This document shows, piece by piece, positions 12,881 to 24,254 of a stretch of DNA of 64,000 bases. Numbering within the stretch: the stretch's first letter is position 1; every line of letters starts with the position of its first letter. Under the pieces are notes generated by a model. It searched no databases and was not told the origin of the DNA. It saw only the letters and a list, made by a program, of their open reading frames with translations. Made by a program: the position numbers and the translations under genes. The stretch lies in NCBI RefSeq assembly GCF_004010195.1, contig NC_057718.1, positions 53,627,615 to 53,691,614 on the forward strand, in the 5' to 3' direction. Source of the stretch: Chiloscyllium plagiosum. Taxonomy: Eukaryota.

Positions 12881-14624
12881 ATTTAAAATTATTCTATAGG
12901 CCTGTAAAAGTAGCTTTAATAATTAATAGGATTACCTTATATTTAACTATATTTATTGTTCTTGTGACAAGTGGCTGAAAGGAAAAGCCAGTTCTGTAAA
13001 CATTGATAAGAAAGCTTTCCATGACAAGTGAATTGAAATTGGTTTTGTGTTAACACAACAAAGGTGATAGCAAAGCCATAGCCTGGTTTATAGTCCATCC
13101 AATTTTCAGATTGTATAATGGGCCACTGATTTACTTTGGGTCATTTTACATTGCTACTAAAGACCAATTTTAACAGACAAATATTTAACTTTTCCTTTAT
13201 CTACTCCCAAAGGTATTAAAGACTCCTGTTAGGAGCACTGAGTAGAGAGTTTCCTTGTCTGCCTAAAAGCATATAAATTGATGATACCTTCCATCATGTT
13301 GCTGATGGTCAAGAGTTCACTGCTGCGGTGCTAATTGCTGAGATTGGATTTGTCCTGTCTTTTGTGTACAGCAGATGCGTCAGCAGATAAATGCCAACGC
13401 AGTAGCTGTGGTATAATTTGTGGATAGCACATACATCAGACATTTTCCAGATTGCCAGGTAAATGTCAATGTTGTGGCTGTAGTATCACAGCTCGCTACG
13501 TTTAAGCTATAGACTGTCCCAATAACTTGGGAAAAATTAAAGATTTGTTAAGAATTGAAAATCCACTCACATATCTTCCTGGTTTCCTTGATTAAAGACA
13601 CTGGCAGCCTTGGGAGTAACCGATGAATGAAGAAACTAATAATGTTTTCTTTTGTATGGTGAGTACTGTATTTCCTCTTATATAGTATTTCATTATAAAA
13701 CGTGATGTAAAAATCTTCCAAGGGTTCAGCAGTAAAATCTAACCTCCAAATATACAATTCAATCTCACTATCTCTCATTGGATAAAATTTTAAACTATAA
13801 AGGTGACACTTGCCGGAGTCCAGCTTCAGATAGAGATTGAGGAACAGTTATGCTATCAAAGCTGGGCTTTGCATAAAATATCAGATTTTCATAGGGAAGC
13901 TCCACAAGCAAAGGACACACAACTCTAAAGAATCTACAGAAGGGGCTCTATTCTTAGAAAATGAGTAGGTTTATTGCACTATAGCAATAAGTACCAACTA
14001 CATTTAGTGAAGCATAATTACTAAGACCTCAAAGAGTTGGTGCAGATACATCTGTTCCCTCCTAAATCTAAACCAGAACTCCTTGTCTCCACCCACAGAC
14101 TGTGTTTCGATAAGACATTAAGGTATCATGAGCAAACCAGTGACGCACTGTACTTTTAAGATTATAGATCATATTAAGACACACAATGTTCCAGGATGAA
14201 CATTTCCATACACCTCAATAGCCTGTTTCAGCCTGAGTTGGCCAGTGATAGAAGTAGCAGTTCCTGTAACTTTGCTGTGTATAAATAAGCACAGTACCCA
14301 GACGATATATAAGTCTGAGGTCTTCTCACAGAGTAAATAGTTAGTGTTGTTAATGAACTTCAAGACATCTGTCTCATCAATAATCCAGTCTTTGTGCCAT
14401 ATGTTACATGGGATAGCATAGAAACACAATTCAAACTATATCATGCTGGCAGTGGCATTTTACCAAGAAACCATGTCAATTAGTCCCCTTGCATCTGAGC
14501 TGGAAGCTTGAGTTCAAGTCCCAATGAATAACTGAACATAGAAGGAACCTTTGTGATGCAAGTTCAACAGATATGTAGTCAGCCTGCCAATCCTTCCAAA
14601 TATTCATCACTGAAGAGAATGTCC

Positions 14625-14790
14625 TTGGATACAGAACTGGCTTGAACATAGATGACAGAGGGTGGTGGTGGAGGGTTGCCTTTCAGATTGGAGGCCTGTG
14701 ACCAGTGGTGTGCCACAAGGATCTGTGTTGGATCCACTGCTTTTTATCATTTCTTTAATTGATTTGGATGTGAACATGGGAGATGTGGAC
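14625..14790 (+). mobile_element. CR1 RT fragment
   Basis: Encodes [19 protein letters not shown]. Confidence 0.85.
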
Positions 14791-14794
14791 TAAG

Positions 14795-16191
14795 AGAGTC
14801 ATAGAGATGTACAGCATGGGAACAGACACTTCAGTCCAACTCGCCCATGCCGACCAAAAATCCTAAACTAATTGAGCACCCTTCCTATATCCCTCTAAAC
14901 CCTTCCTTTTCATATACCCATCCAATTACCTTTTTAATGTTGTAATTGTACCAGCGTCCACCACTTCCTCTGGTAGCTCATTCCATACATACACTACTCA
15001 CTGCATGAGAAAATTACCCTCAGTTCCCTATTAAATGTTTTCCCTCTCAGCCTAAAACTGTGCCCTCCAGTTCTGGACTGCCCCACCCCAGGGAAAAAAC
15101 CTTGTCTATTTATCCTATCCATGCCCATCATAATTTATAAACCTCTATAAGGTCACCCCTCAACCTCCAACGCTCCAGGGGAAAACAGTCCCAGCCTATT
15201 CAGTCTCTCCCTATAGCTCAAACCCTCTAACCTGGCAGCATGCTTGTAAATCTTATATCCCTCTAAACCCTTTCAAGTTTCACAACATCCTTCTTTTTTT
15301 AGATTAGATTACATTACAATGTGGAAACAGGCCCTTTGGCCCAACAAGTCCACACCGACCCGCCGAAGCCCATACCCCTACATTTACCCCTTACCTAACA
15401 CTACGGGCAATTTAGCATGGCCAATTCACTGTGGGAGGAAACCAGAGCATCCAGAGGAAACCCACGCAGACACAGGGAGAACATGCAAACTCCATACAGT
15501 CAGTTGCCTGAGGTGGGAATTGAACCCGGGTCTCTGGCGCTGCGAGGCAGCAGTGCTAACCACTGTGCCACCGTGCCGCCTTCTTATAGGAGGGAGACCA
15601 GAATTGCACACAATATTCCAAAAGTGGCCTGACCAACCTCCAGTACAGCTACAACATGACCACCTAACTCTATTCTCAAGGTTCTAACCAATAAAGGAAA
15701 GCATACCAAATGCCCTCTTCACTATCCTGTCTACCTGAGACTCCACTTTCAAGGAACTATGAACTTGCACTCCAAGGTGTCTTTGTTCAATAACACTTTC
15801 CAGGATCTTAAGTGTATAAGTCCTGCTCTGATTGGCATTTCCAAAATTTAGCACTCACATTTATCTAAATTAAATTCCATTTGTCATTTCTCGGCCTATT
15901 TACCTATCTGATAAAGATCACGCTGTACTCTGAAGTAACCTTCTTTGCTGTCAAGTACATCTCCAATTTTGGTGTCATCTGCAAACTTACTAACTATACC
16001 TCCTATGTTCACATCCAAATCATTTATATAAATGATGAAGGGCAGTGGAGCCAGCACCGATCCTTGTGGCGCACCACTTCAGTCTGAAAAGCAACCTTCC
16101 ACCGATACCCTTGGTCTTCTGTCTTCAAGCCAATTCTATGTACAAATGGCTAATACCTCCTGTATTCCATGTGATCTAACCTTGCTAACCA
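14795..16191 (-). mobile_element. CR1/HER1 LINE 3' part (RT C-terminus and tail), interrupted by SINE
   Basis: Reverse complement of CR1 tail at 14795; GTCATCTGCAAACTT = KFADD on minus near 15975. Confidence 0.9.
15296..15580 (-). mobile_element. HE1-like SINE nested in CR1
   Basis: Same sequence as 2029-2336 with small deletions; CCTTCTT on both flanks. Confidence 0.9.
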
Positions 16192-17052
16192 GGTGAAAGT
16201 GAGAATTACAGATGCTGGAGATTAGAGTTGAGAGTGTGATGCTGGAAAAGCACAGCAGGTCAGGCAACATCCGATGAGCAAGAGAATTGACGGTGGGAAG
16301 GATATGGACAGGTAGAACGGGTCATGAGGGTGGTGCCGAGTTGGAAGGTTAGAACTGGGATAAGGAGGGGGGAAGGGAAGTAAGGAAACTGGTGAAATCC
16401 ACATTGATGCAGTGGGGTTGGAGGGTCCTGAGGCGGAAGATGAGGCATTCTTCTTCCAGGTGTCAGGTAGTTAGGGAGTGATGTTGGAGGATGCCCAGGA
16501 CTTGCATGTCCTTGGTGGAGTGGGAGGGGGAGTTGAAATGTTCAACCATGGGGTGGAGTGGGGGGCTGGTTGGTGCAGGTGTCCCAGAAATGTTCTCTGA
16601 AGCGCTCTGCAAGTAGGCGTCCTGTCTCCCCAGTGTAGAGGAGACCGCATCAAGAGCAATGGATACAGTAAATGACGTGTGTGGAAGTGTGGGTAAAACG
16701 CTGATGGATGCGGAAGGCAAGCCTTGGACAGAGGTGAGGGGGCAGGAGCGGACGCAAGTTTGCAATTCCTGTGGTGGCAGAGGAAGGTGCCGGAAGGGGA
16801 GGGTGGGTTGGTGGGGGGTGTGGACCTGACAAGGGAGTCACAGAGGGAATGGTCTTTGCGGAAAGCAAATTGGGGAAGAGAGGGAAATATACCTCTGGTG
16901 GTGGGATCTGTTTGTAGGTGGTGGAAATGGCAGAGGATGATGCAAAGTATACAGAGATTGGCTGGGTGGAAGGTGAAGGCTAGAGGAGTTCTGTCCTTGT
17001 TGCAGTTGGAGGGGTGGGGTTCAAGGACAGAGGTGCGGGAAGTGGATACAGG
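16192..17052 (-). mobile_element. PLE fragment with GIY-YIG endonuclease remnant and 3' terminus
   Basis: Minus frames give FTHTSTHVIYCIHCS, ETG...AERFREH and HFNSPSHSTKDMQVLGI, followed by family A tail. Confidence 0.85.
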
Positions 17053-17963
17053 ATAGTAAATACTCATTTAGTATCTCCCCCATTTTCTGCGGCTCCACAC
17101 AAAGGCCAACTTGCTGATATTTGAGGGGCCCTATTCTCTCCCTAGTTACCCTTTTGCTCTTAATGTATTTGTAAAAACCCTTTGGATTCTCCTTAACCCT
17201 AGTTGCCAAAGCTATCTCATGTCCCCTTTTTGCCCTCCTGATTTTCCTCTTAAGTATACTCCTACTGCCTTTATACTCTTCTAAGGATTCACTCGATCTA
17301 TCCTGTCTATACCTGACATATGCTTCCTTCTTTCTCCTGAACAAAATCTCAATTTCTTTAGTCATCCAGCATTCCCTATACCTACCAGCCTTTCCTTTCG
17401 CCCTAATGGGAATAAGCTTTCTCTGGATTCACTTTATCTCATTTCTGAAGGCTTCCCATTTTCCAGCCGTCCCTTTACCTGCAAGCATCTGCCCCCTGAA
17501 AGATCTTGCCGAATGCCGTCAAAATCGGCCTTACTCCAATTTAGAACTTCAACTTTTAGATCCTGTCTATTCTTTTCCATTAAGACAAATAGAATGATGG
17601 TCACTGGCCCCAAGGTGCTCCCCCACTGACACCTCAGTCACTTACATTTATTTTCCAAGAGTATTTCAAGTTTTGCACCTTCTCTCGAAAGTACATCCAC
17701 ATACTGAATCAAAAAAAATTTTCTTGTACACACTTAACAAATTCATCTCCATCTAAACCCTTCACATAATGGCAGTCCCAGTCTTTGTTTGGAAAGTTGA
17801 AATCCCCTACCATAACCACCTTATTATTTTTACGGATAACTGAGAACTCCCTACAAATTTGTTTCCCATTTTCGCGCTGACCATTTGAGGGGAGTCTGTA
17901 CTGCAATTTCAATAAGGTAATCATCCCTTTCTTATTTCTCAGTTCCATCCAAATAACTTCCCT
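17053..17963 (-). mobile_element. CR1 ORF2 endonuclease/linker fragment
   Basis: ORFs with VMVGDFNFP and KENPKGFYKYIKSKR...LNEY. Confidence 0.9.
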
Positions 17964-18104
17964 GGATGGGTACATGATTAGGAAGGGTTTAGAGTAATAT
18001 GGACGAAATGATGGCGAATGGGACGAGATTAGTTTAGGTGATCTGGTTGCCATGGATGAGCTTGACCAAAGGGTCTGTTTCTATGCTGTACATCTCAACG
18101 ACTC
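17964..18104 (+). mobile_element. CR1 3' tail
   Basis: Matches 358-510. Confidence 0.8.
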
Positions 18105-18309
18105 GTGTGTTTTGATGCAAAACAAATATCATATCCATACAGCTAATGAAATATTATATGTCCTTACTTCCATAAAAATGTGATATTCATACCACAATAA
18201 AATGTTCATTGTATTTCTTACTTCAGTATCTTTAATGCTGAAATATTAAATCTTCACATACATTTTCATAGACTTTATTATTTATGAGTACTGTCCAATG
18301 CCAAATGTA

Positions 18310-19372
18310 CAGCATAGGAACAGGAATAGGCTTTTCAATTTATTGAGTCTGTTCCACCAGTTAAGACAATCTTGGCTGATGAAATGTTTCAATTCATTTT
18401 ATCCACTTTATCCCCAAAACCCTTTATGTGATGGAAAATCTGAAATCCATCAGTCCTTTCTTCAAACCTACCCAAACATTAAGCTTCCACAGCCCTCTGG
18501 GGTAAATTTTGAAAGGTTTATCTCCCTCTGAGTAAAAACGTTTCTCCTCATCCTGCTCCTAAATGGCATTCTCTTATTTTTAAATGTACTCTCTGATCCT
18601 AGACTCCCCAATCAGAGGAAATCACAATCTATCCTGTTTATCCTTTTAAGTATATCTAAGGTTTCAATGAGATCACCCCTCATTTTTCAAAACTCTAGAG
18701 AATAAAATTGCTCATCATGGGACTGTCCCACCATCCTGGGACCATGCCTGGAGAACCTTCATTGCACTCAGCACTCCAGGTTTGATCTAAAAAAGCTTCT
18801 ATATAATTGCAGGAGTAGTGAAGCAAGACTTCACTACTCCTGCACTTAAATCCTCTTGCAATAAAAGTTTTATTAAATTAGCTTTCCTAATAGCTGACTG
18901 CACTGAGTTCCCTTTGCCCAGCTACACTTTCCAAATCTTTACCCTTTAAAAAATAATCTGTCTATCTGTCCCACTGATCAAAAGTGGATACCTCATATTT
19001 TTCCACATTATATTCCATCTGCCAAGTCCTTAGCCACTCAGTAAGTCTATCTAAATCCTCATGAAACCACTTTATATCTTACTCACAAATTCTCACTTTG
19101 CTTTGTAGCATCTGCAAAATTGTAGATATGAAATTTTGTCCCTACATCCAAATCATCGATATATATTGTGAACATTTGGGTCTCAGTACTTGTGCTACCC
19201 CACTAGACACTGCTGCGAATGTGAGAATGACCCATTCATCCTTACTTTCTGTTTTCTACCCATTAGCCAATATCGAAAACATGCCAGTGCATTACATCTA
19301 ATCCCACATGTCTTTACCTTGTTAACCATTTCTTTGTTGGGGACCTTGTCAAAAGGCTTCTTAAAGTCCAAT
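18310..19372 (-). mobile_element. Older CR1 3' fragment
   Basis: Minus ORF LDFKKPFDKVP...WLMGRKQKVRMNGSFS. Confidence 0.8.
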
Positions 19373-19382
19373 TCTATTACAG

Positions 19383-22300
19383 AAGAACACAAGAACATTA
19401 GAAGTGGAAGTAGAAGCAGGCCATTTAGCCCCTCAAGCCTGCCCCATCAGTCTCAAAACTCTGTAACCTTGGTCTCAGCTCTGCCCTCTGCAACTGGATC
19501 CTTAGCTTTCTGACCCACAAACCACAATCAGTGAAGATAGATAACTGCATATCCTCTACAATAACACACAATACTGTAGCCCCCCAAGGGTGCATCCTCA
19601 GCTCCCTACTGTACTCCCAGTAAACCCATGATTGTGTTGCTAAATTCCAAATGATGACCATCTATAAGTTTGCTGTCAACACCACCGTATTAGGAAGGAT
19701 ATCTAACAATGACAAGTCAAAATATAAAAGGAAGATAGAGGCTTTGGTGACATGGTACAATGAGAACAACCACTCTCTCAATGTCAGCAGGACTGAAGAA
19801 TTGCTCATTGACTTTATCAAGAAAATAAGTAAACACGCCCCCATCCACATCAACGGAACTGAGATCAAGTTCCTTGGAGTGACAATAACCGACAACCTGC
19901 CCTGGTCTTCCCATGTAGTTGCGACGGTCAAAATGGCACAGAAACACCTATTCTTCCTCAGGCAGATCAGGAAATTTGGCATATCCATAAGCACCCTCAC
20001 CAAAGTCTACAGATGTACAACTGAAAGCATACTGTCTGGGTGCATAACAGCCTGGAATGGCAACTGCTGTGCCCAGGCTCATAGGAACCACATAGGGTGG
20101 TTTGCACAGCCTAGGCCATCATGGGAGCCAACCTTCCATCCATGGATTCCACTTACACAGCTCACTGCTGTGGAAAGGCTACCAACATCATCAAAGACCC
20201 ATCATACCTGGTAATGCTCTCCTACAACCTCTTCCATCAGGTAGAAGATACAGAAGCCTGAATACATGCACCAGCAGATTCAGGGACAGCTTCTTCCCGG
20301 CCATTATTAGAATATTGAATGGACTCGAGCTAATTTTGCTAACGTGGATCTCTCTTACCCACCCTGTGCAATGTGCCTCCATCTAAATTTATTGTTCTGT
20401 ACATCCTTGCTTACTATGATCTGCTCATTAACAAAGGTTTCCCTGTACTTTGGTACAAGGGACAATAAATAAATCAAGCCACATTCAGTAACCCAAACCA
20501 TTCAACAAAATCATGATTGATCTGCCCCAGGCCTCAACTTCTCTTTCATGCCAGCTCATCATAGGCCTCAACTCTGTGATATTTCAAAAATCCACCTACT
20601 TCCTCTTTAAATACTTGCAGTGATCTAGCACTCACAGCACTCTGGGGTAGACAATTCTTGTACATTCTGAGAGAAGAAATTCTTTCATATCTCAGTAGTA
20701 AATGATTGTTCCTTTATTATGTAACTATATTCCTTGTTCACAATCTCCAACTAGTGGAAACATCTTTTCCGTATCTGCGCTGTCAAAGCCACACAGAATC
20801 TTGCATGTTTCAATAAAATCACCCCCTATTCTTCTAAATTCTAATGAAAACGTTCTAACCTGTTAAATCTTTCTTGCAAAGTCAACTCCTTCATCCCAGG
20901 AATCAGAATAGTGAATCTGTTTTGAACTGCCTCCTACCATTCTTTCTTAAAGACAGGGATTAAAACTGTACACAGTCCTCCACATGCAGTATCACCAACA
21001 CCCTATGCAACTGGAAAACCACTGTCCTATTTCTGAACTCCAACCCTCAAGAAACACAGGCCAAAATTCCATTTACCTTCATAATTGTTTGTTGCACCTG
21101 CCTGCTAACTTTTCATTTTTCATGCATAAGAAGATGTAGATTCCTCTGCGTTGCACTTTGTTTGAAGTTTCCCTCCATTTATAAACTAGTCTGTCTTTTG
21201 ATTTTTCCTATCAAAGTGCATGAGCACATTTTCCTGCATTAAATGCCACCTGCCAAGTTTCTGTCCACTCACTCAAACTGTCCCTTGAAGATTCTATATG
21301 TCCTCAGTTGAACATGCCCACTCCCACCTTATCTTTGTACTATCAGCAAATGTGGATATATTACATTCTGCCACCTCTTCCAAATCATTAAGATAGAGAA
21401 TAAATATTTGAAACCCTCAGAATGATGCTAACAACAGTCCATTCACTAAGTCCTTCAAACCTGAAAAGACCATTAATCAGATACATCTATCCACTCCCTT
21501 TTACCAAAAATCTTCAATGAATTTATTAAATACAATTTGCCAATCACAAATTTATGCCCAATCTGATCATTAGTAGCAAAATGTCTACTTACCACATCTT
21601 TTATAACAGATTCTATTATTTTCCCTACGACTGGTATAAAACTAACAGATCTGTAGATCACTGATTTCTCATTAGTTTTCTTCTTAAATAGCTGGTTGAC
21701 ATTTGCTAGCTTCCAATCTGCGGGAATCGTTCCAGAATCTATAAAAGTTTGAAGATGATCATCAATGCAATAATTATCTTTATAGCTACCTCCTTCAATA
21801 CTCTCATATATAAGCTATCAGGTCTCGGGTTGTCTCACCTTTCATCCTATTAATTTTCCCACTACAAATTGCTTACTAGTACTCTTTTTATCAATTTCTC
21901 ATTTACCTCAGTCACTTGAATCTTTAATTCTGGGCGATTTCTTGTATCTTTCTCAGTTAAAATGGACAAAAATCCACCATTAAGCTTTTCTGCCATTTAG
22001 CTACTCCCTGTTTTACATCCTTCTGACTCGTCATGTAATGGACTCGTATTTGTCTCAGCCAAGCATTTCCTTTCTATACATCTGTTGAAACTTCTACAGT
22101 CCATTTTTAATGTTTTTCTGCTAGATAGCAAACATATTCTATTTTCCCTTTCCTGATCAATTTTTGATCTTTCCTTGCTGCATTCTTTAAAACCTTTCAA
22201 TCTTCAAAATTTGTGACTATTTCTGGCAACTTTAGAAAACTTTACTTCTAATTTTATGCTACCCTGAACTTCCTTTATCAGCCATGATTAACTGACATTT

Positions 22301-23560
22301 TTTGAGCTTTTGCACATTGAAGAAATGTATGGTTGTTGTAAGCTATTTAATTGTTCTTTAAAGACTAACCATTGCCTGCATACAGTCTGCCTTTAATATA
22401 TAGTTTGAATCCACCTCAACCAATTTGTGAGTCACACTTTCAAATTTTCCCTTATTCAAATGCAATACCCTTTCTTCAGATTGAACCAGCTCACTTTCTA
22501 GCACAAGGCAAAATTTGATAACATTGCTGTCCCTCATCACTAAAGGTTTGTTTCACAAAAAGATTATTAATTATGCACGAAAACAGAAAATCCTACAGAA
22601 ACTCAGCATCTGCTGAAAGAGAAAAAGCTGTGTTACTGTTTTGAGCCTGGTATGACTTTTTCAGAACTGAATGAGGATTATTAATTAGTCTTTATTATTC
22701 GGTATATAATACGGAAGTTAAAATAGCCTAACCTGTAGTCAGCTCCTCAATATACTGCTCTAGAAAACCATCCCTAACATTGTTTAGAAACTTATCCTCC
22801 ACAACTTTAGTGCTCAATTGATTTACCCAGTCTATATGCAGATTGAAGTCGCCTATGCTAACTCTGTTGTCCATGCAAACTAATTTCCTGATTGATACCA
22901 TATCCATGCTACCACTACTAATTGGTGGCCTACAAATAACTCTGACCAATATCTGCTCCCCATTACTGTTTCTGCACTGCATTCAATAGATGCTATATAT
23001 CATTCTTGCAATCTGAGATCATTCTGTACAAATATGCTGATCCTCAATATTATTATCAGCATAATTCCACTTCCAATTCCAAAGTAGAGTGTTTGGACTT
23101 GAAATGTTAACTCTGTATCTCTCTTCATAGATGCTGTCAGATCTGCTTAGTTTCTCCAGCATTTTCTGTTTTTATTTCAGATTTCCAAACCACGGTATAT
23201 TACCTTTATTTGCATCATTTTCCTTTGTGTCTACCCTTCCTATTTTGCAAACATTCTTGAATATTCAGTATCCAGTCCTGGTCCACATGCAACCATGTCT
23301 CTCTGATTGCAACTTAATCATATCCATTTACTTCTACATATGCCTAGAGATCATTGACCTTGTTGCAAATACTGCATGTAATGAAGTAAAGAACCCTTTA
23401 CTTTGTCTTTTTGACATCATTCAGCATTGGAAGCAGACTCAAATCTTTATATCTCTTGTCTTCTATGTTTGCTTGCAGCTTTTTTCCTTCCTGTTATCAG
23501 CTTATCTCTCTTCCAATTTGGGTTATCCTCACCCATGAAAATCTAGGTTAGATCCACCCC
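19383..23560 (-). mobile_element. Old CR1 with most of ORF2 (decayed), interrupted by Rex1/Babar and small PLE tails
   Basis: 3' end at 19383 resumes at ~20497; minus ORFs YRSVSFIPVVGKIIESVIKD and IGDFNLHIDW. Confidence 0.75.
19450..20476 (+). mobile_element. Rex1/Babar LINE 3' fragment
   Basis: [33 protein letters not shown]; homologous to 41220-42271. Confidence 0.85.
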
Positions 23561-23671
23561 AACAGCACAAGTCTCCCTGTGAACATTTCAGGCACAATCC
23601 CATTCAGTTTGTAAGTCTCCCCTATCATTTTTTAATACTTTCGTAGAATGTGAGCATTGCTGGCCGGTCCC

Positions 23672-23994
23672 TAGATTAGATTAGATTAGATTAGATTACA
23701 GTCTGGAAACAGGCCCTTCGGCCCAACAAGTCCACACCGACCCGCCGAAGCGAAACCCACCCATACCCCTACATTTACCCCTTACCTAACACTACGGGCA
23801 ATTTAGTATGGCCAATTCACCTGACCCTGCACATCTTTGGACTGTGGGAGGAAACCGGAGCACCCGGAGGAAACCCACGCAGACACGGGGAGAACGTGCA
23901 AACTCCACACAGTCAGTCGCCTGAGGCGGGAATTGAACCCGGGTCTCAGGCGCTGTGAGGCAGCAGTGCTAACCACTGTGCCACCGTGCCGCCC
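23672..23994 (-). mobile_element. Full-length young HE1-like SINE with (TCTAA)n tail
   Basis: (TAGAT)5 at left end, intact A/B boxes, many CpGs retained. Confidence 0.92.
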
Positions 23995-24054
23995 ACAACT
24001 TGCCCTTGAGAAAGTGGTGGTGAGCTGCTTTCTTAAACTGCTGCAACCCACATG

Positions 24055-24254
24055 GTGAAAGTGAGTACTGCAGATGCTGGAGATTAGAGTTAAGAGTGTG
24101 GTGCTGGAATAGCACAGCAGGTCAGGCAGCATCCAAGGAGCAGGAAAATCAATGTTTCAGGCAAAAGCCCTTTATCAGGCTTTTGCCCAAAATGTCAATT
24201 CTCCTGCTCCTCCGATGCTGTCTGACCAGCTGTGCTTTTCCAGCACCACACTCT
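24055..24254. mobile_element. Fold-back pair of PLE family A termini
   Basis: Minus tail 24055-24179 joined to plus tail 24178-24254; flanks TGCTGCAACCCACATG (24039-24054) / TGCTGTAATCCACATG (24256-24271), 14/16. Confidence 0.85.

Noticed and set aside
13372..13458. Plus-strand coding exon between TACAG and GTAAAT
   Set aside because: Stops in all three frames
19651..20214. 187-aa ORF (and 41534-42073) as functional RT
   Set aside because: Truncated, frameshifted Rex1/Babar pieces; the catalytic ADD reads AVN in the first
23672..23994. tRNA gene
   Set aside because: A/B boxes belong to a SINE head; no complete cloverleaf, and a SINE body and tail follow
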